Origin: Oleidesulfovibrio sp.
GTDB lineage: Bacteria; Desulfobacterota; Desulfovibrionia; Desulfovibrionales; Desulfovibrionaceae
Assembly (NCBI RefSeq): GCF_047973035.1
Contig: NZ_JBKEBF010000041.1
Coordinates: 1,407 to 25,406 of the forward strand
Direction: 5' to 3'
DNA: 24,000 bases
Every line of letters starts with the position of its first letter. Position 1 is the first letter of the stretch. The notes below the pieces were generated by a model, which saw only the letters and a program-made list of their open reading frames with translations, did not search any database and was not told where the DNA came from. The translations under genes and the position numbers were made by a program. Positions 23,116 to 24,000 of the stretch are shown here, piece after piece.

Positions 23116-24000
23116 ATGACATACACTTCAGCTGCAGAAACAATCAGCCAACTTGCAAAACAAGGTCACAACTCTGTTGTGGAATACCGTCACCACTTGC
23201 ATCGTTTTCCGGAAGTAAGCGAAGCAGAAGAACAGACTGCCGCGTATATTTCTTCACGGCTGGATGTACTTGGCATCGACCACACCTCAGGCATTGCCGG
23301 TCACGGCATCTGCGGCCTCATCGATACCGGCATCGAAGGTCCTACGGTTTTGCTGCGGGCGGATATGGACGCACTTCCCGTCACTGAGCAGGCAGACCTA
23401 CCCTACAAGTCACAGAATGATGGCGTCATGCATGCCTGCGGGCATGATTGCCACATGGCCATGCTGCTGGGCGTGGCAGACGTATTGAATACTATGGCGC
23501 AAGACGCTGCCGCATACGGCCTGCAGGGCAAGATCAAACTGGTTTTCCAGCCGGCGGAAGAATACCCCGGCGGTGCTAAACCGATGATTGATGCCGGAGT
23601 AATGGACAATCCGCATGTTGATTATTGCCTGGGCGCTCATGTCTGGCCTGAGCAGCCCGAAGGTAAAGTATCCGTAACCACAGGTCCCATGATGGCAGCT
23701 ATGGACCGCTTTGATATTACCATCAAAGGCAAAGGCGGCCATGCAGCAAAGCCGCATCATTGCGTGGATGCGCTGGAAATAGGTACGCAGGTAATAGCCG
23801 CCATGCAGCGTATCATCAGCCGCAAAGTTGACCCGCTGAAGCCGGCTCTGCTTACGGTGGGAGAATTCAAGGCAGGCAGCGCGTTCAACGTCATCCCGGG
23901 TGAAGCATACCTTTGCGGTACGCTGCGTACGTTTGATGCAGACATCCGCGCACAATGGCAGCCGCTTATCCGGCAGGTGGTGGAAGGTGTTTGCGCATCC
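23116..24000 (+). CDS. M20D-family amidohydrolase (N-acyl-amino-acid amidohydrolase / hippuricase-like), first 295 codons; continues past the window end
   Basis: From ATG 23116 (GGAAG SD) the frame stays open to the window end: MTYTSAAETISQLAKQGHNSVVEYRHHLHRFPEVSEAEEQTAAYISSRL...LLRADMDALPV...GVMHACGHDCHMAMLLG...FQPAEE... These metal-binding motifs are typical of the M20D family. It is absent from the ORF track because it has no stop in the window. Confidence 0.9.
   Translation, partial: MTYTSAAETISQLAKQGHNSVVEYRHHLHRFPEVSEAEEQTAAYISSRLDVLGIDHTSGIAGHGICGLIDTGIEGPTVLLRADMDALPVTEQADLPYKSQNDGVMHACGHDCHMAMLLGVADVLNTMAQDAAAYGLQGKIKLVFQPAEEYPGGAKPMIDAGVMDNPHVDYCLGAHVWPEQPEGKVSVTTGPMMAAMDRFDITIKGKGGHAAKPHHCVDALEIGTQVIAAMQRIISRKVDPLKPALLTVGEFKAGSAFNVIPGEAYLCGTLRTFDADIRAQWQPLIRQVVEGVCAS

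Noticed and set aside
23410-23955. 181-aa minus-strand ORF, and 23264-23488 on the plus strand
   Set aside because: They overlap the M20D amidohydrolase frame (open from 23116 to the window end, with HACGHD and other motifs). Their translations have no motifs.

Overview
The window reads as ordinary chromosomal DNA, about 55-63% GC in the lines I counted by hand. The biotin-operon layout suggests a Desulfovibrio-type delta-proteobacterium, but that is only a guess. Gene order: gltX 5' end (-), DUF2156 protein (-), MATE efflux pump (-), small RHH-like protein (+), a low-GC islet carrying an orphan ArnT/PMT-type GT-C glycosyltransferase (+), about 0.8 kb with no convincing gene, a class-I SAM methyltransferase (+), a frameshifted periplasmic binding-protein pseudogene (-) hidden under a 323-aa antisense ORF, a PAS-containing methyl-accepting chemotaxis protein (+), then birA (-) divergent from a long biotin operon (+), followed by a trmB-family regulator plus lysA-like decarboxylase operon (-) and the 5' part of an M20D amidohydrolase (+). 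The most interesting part is the biotin locus: bioB-bioA, a 209-bp gap, then five fatty-acid-synthase-like genes (FabZ-like hot-dog, FabG-like reductase, a long ACP, a Cys-His-His ketosynthase, a second degenerate hot-dog protein) translationally coupled to bioF-bioD. The window contains no bioC/bioH, bioW, bioI or bioZ. I read this as a dedicated module for making the pimeloyl thioester. As far as I know, modules like this have been noted by comparative genomics but not characterised biochemically. By-eye alignment suggests the two hot-dog proteins carry complementary halves of the FabZ catalytic dyad (His in one, Glu in the other), implying an obligate heterodimeric dehydratase. A bioO-like BirA operator (TTGTAAACC-N15-AGTTGACAA) lies in the birA/bioB divergent region, overlapping a TTGACA -35 box and the annotated birA 5' end. 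I found no tRNA, rRNA, CRISPR array or intact mobile element. All similarity statements are by-eye motif recognition, not database searches.
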